Source of the DNA: the human T2T-CHM13v2.0 reference genome, Homo sapiens
DNA: 64,000 bases
Reading direction: 5' to 3' (one strand)
NCBI RefSeq assembly: GCF_009914755.1
Contig: NC_060947.1
Shown here: positions 62,590 to 64,000 of the stretch, piece by piece
How the letters are laid out: each line of letters starts with the position of its first letter
How positions within the stretch are numbered: the first letter of the stretch is position 1
The notes under the pieces: generated by a model
What the model saw: the letters and a program-made list of their open reading frames with translations, nothing else
Databases searched by the model: none
What the model was told of the DNA's origin: nothing
Translations under genes and position numbers: made by a program

Positions 62590-64000
62590 TTTTTAGTACT
62601 TTTATTGAAGTATTGACATACAATTAAGTACATTTAAAGTTTACAATTTGATGCACACACCCATCACCACAATCTAAATAATAAATATACCTATCATGCC
62701 CAAAAGTTTACTTGTGTCCCTTTGTATTCCCTCCATTCCTTCCCTACTCACCTCCTCCTATCCTAGGCAACTGTTGATTTGCTTTTTTTTTCAATACAGA
62801 TTAGTTTGCATATTCTAGAATTTTTATAAATGGATTCATAGAGTATGAACTTTTTCTCTGGTTTCTTTTACTCAGTATAATTATTTTTATACTCATCCAT
62901 GCTGTCATGTATATAAATAGTTCATTCCTTTCTTATTGTTTAGTAGTAGCAGTATATTGTATAGATATGTGACAATTCATTTTTCCTTTCAACTGTTGAT
63001 AAACATGTGACTTGTTTCCACTTTTTGGCTATTACAGATAAATGCTATGAACATTTGTATACAAGTGTTTTTGTGTACACATGCTTTTATTCTTAGATAA
63101 AAAGACAGTGGAATTGCTGGGATATATGGCAGGTGTATGTTTACCTGGTAAGAAATTGCCAAACTTTCAAATTTTGCACTAGCACTAGCAGTGTATGAGC
63201 ATTCCAGTTGTTTCACATCCTGACAAGACTTGGTGTACTAAGTCTTTTTAATTGTAGCCATTCTAGTAGATGTACAGTATTATTTCATGCTAAGAAGTTT
63301 TAATTTGCATTTTCCTAATGGCAGATTATATTGAACATCTTTTCATGTGCTTATTTGGCATCTGAATATATTATTTGATGAAGCATTCATTCAAGTATTT
63401 TGCTGAATTTTAAGTTCTTTCTCATCTTATTATTGAGTTGTAAGAGTTCCTTATATATTCTAGGTGCAAGTCCTTTGTCACATATACGTTCTGTTAATAG
63501 TTTTCCCCATCTGTGGCTTGACTTTACATTTTCACAGTGATGTCTTCTGAAGAGTGAACATCTTTAATGTTCATGAAATCCAATGTAATGATTTTTCCCC
63601 TTTTGTAATTTCTGGAGTTTTGTAATAATTAAGAAATCTTTGACAAACCTAAGTACATTGAGATTTTCTTCTGTTTTCATCAAAAAGTTTTATAATTTTA
63701 GCTCGTACATTTAGGTCCATGATCCATATTGACTTAATGTTTTATACAATGTGTAGTAAGTGCCAAGGTGTCTTTATTTATTTTTTTGCATATGGATATC
63801 CACTTGTTTCAGCATGGTTTGTTGAATAGACAGTTCTTTTCCCAATGTATTGCATTGACATCTTTATTGAAAATCAGTTGATGATATAAGAGCAGATCTA
63901 TTTCTCGGTTCTATTATGTATCATTAATAAATTTGCCTGTTTTACACAATAATATACTGTCTTGATTATTATAGTTTTATATTAAGTCCCAAAAAAGTAA
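62590..64000 (-). mobile_element. Old L1M (MC/MD/ME) 3' region, runs off the window
   Basis: TTTATTGAAGTATTGACATAC...TAGGCAACTG...GATTAGTTTGCAT; ORF2-like 62989-63216. Confidence 0.75.

Overview
Primate genomic DNA, most likely human or another great ape (AluY, L1PA2 and L1PA4-6 copies are present). The window is intronic or intergenic and consists largely of fossil transposable elements: one full-length but dead L1PA5-like LINE-1 (45399-51565), several truncated or inverted L1PA copies, old L1M tracts, about 11 Alus plus 2 monomers, ERV1/MaLR LTRs, L2, MIR, CR1/L3 and DNA-transposon relics. I find no supportable cellular protein-coding gene, RNA gene or CRISPR array. The recognisable ORFs in the track are L1 or Alu remnants and the rest look like chance ORFs. 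I found no convincing new biological system. The most notable signals are DNA-repair and recombination scars: (i) two L1PA5-like copies about 18 kb apart that share at least 9 non-consensus variants including a frameshift, (ii) a nested-palindrome templated insertion inside L1 ORF2, (iii) a 64-bp unique-sequence templated duplication 1.7 kb from its donor, and (iv) a 105-bp foreign filler at a twin-priming L1 inversion junction. There is also a CR1/L3 split by a 12-kb nested TE stack, and candidate + strand mini-exons next to the L1 antisense promoter. Subfamily names come from recalled consensus sequences and need RepeatMasker/Dfam confirmation. Boundaries of old repeats are approximate.
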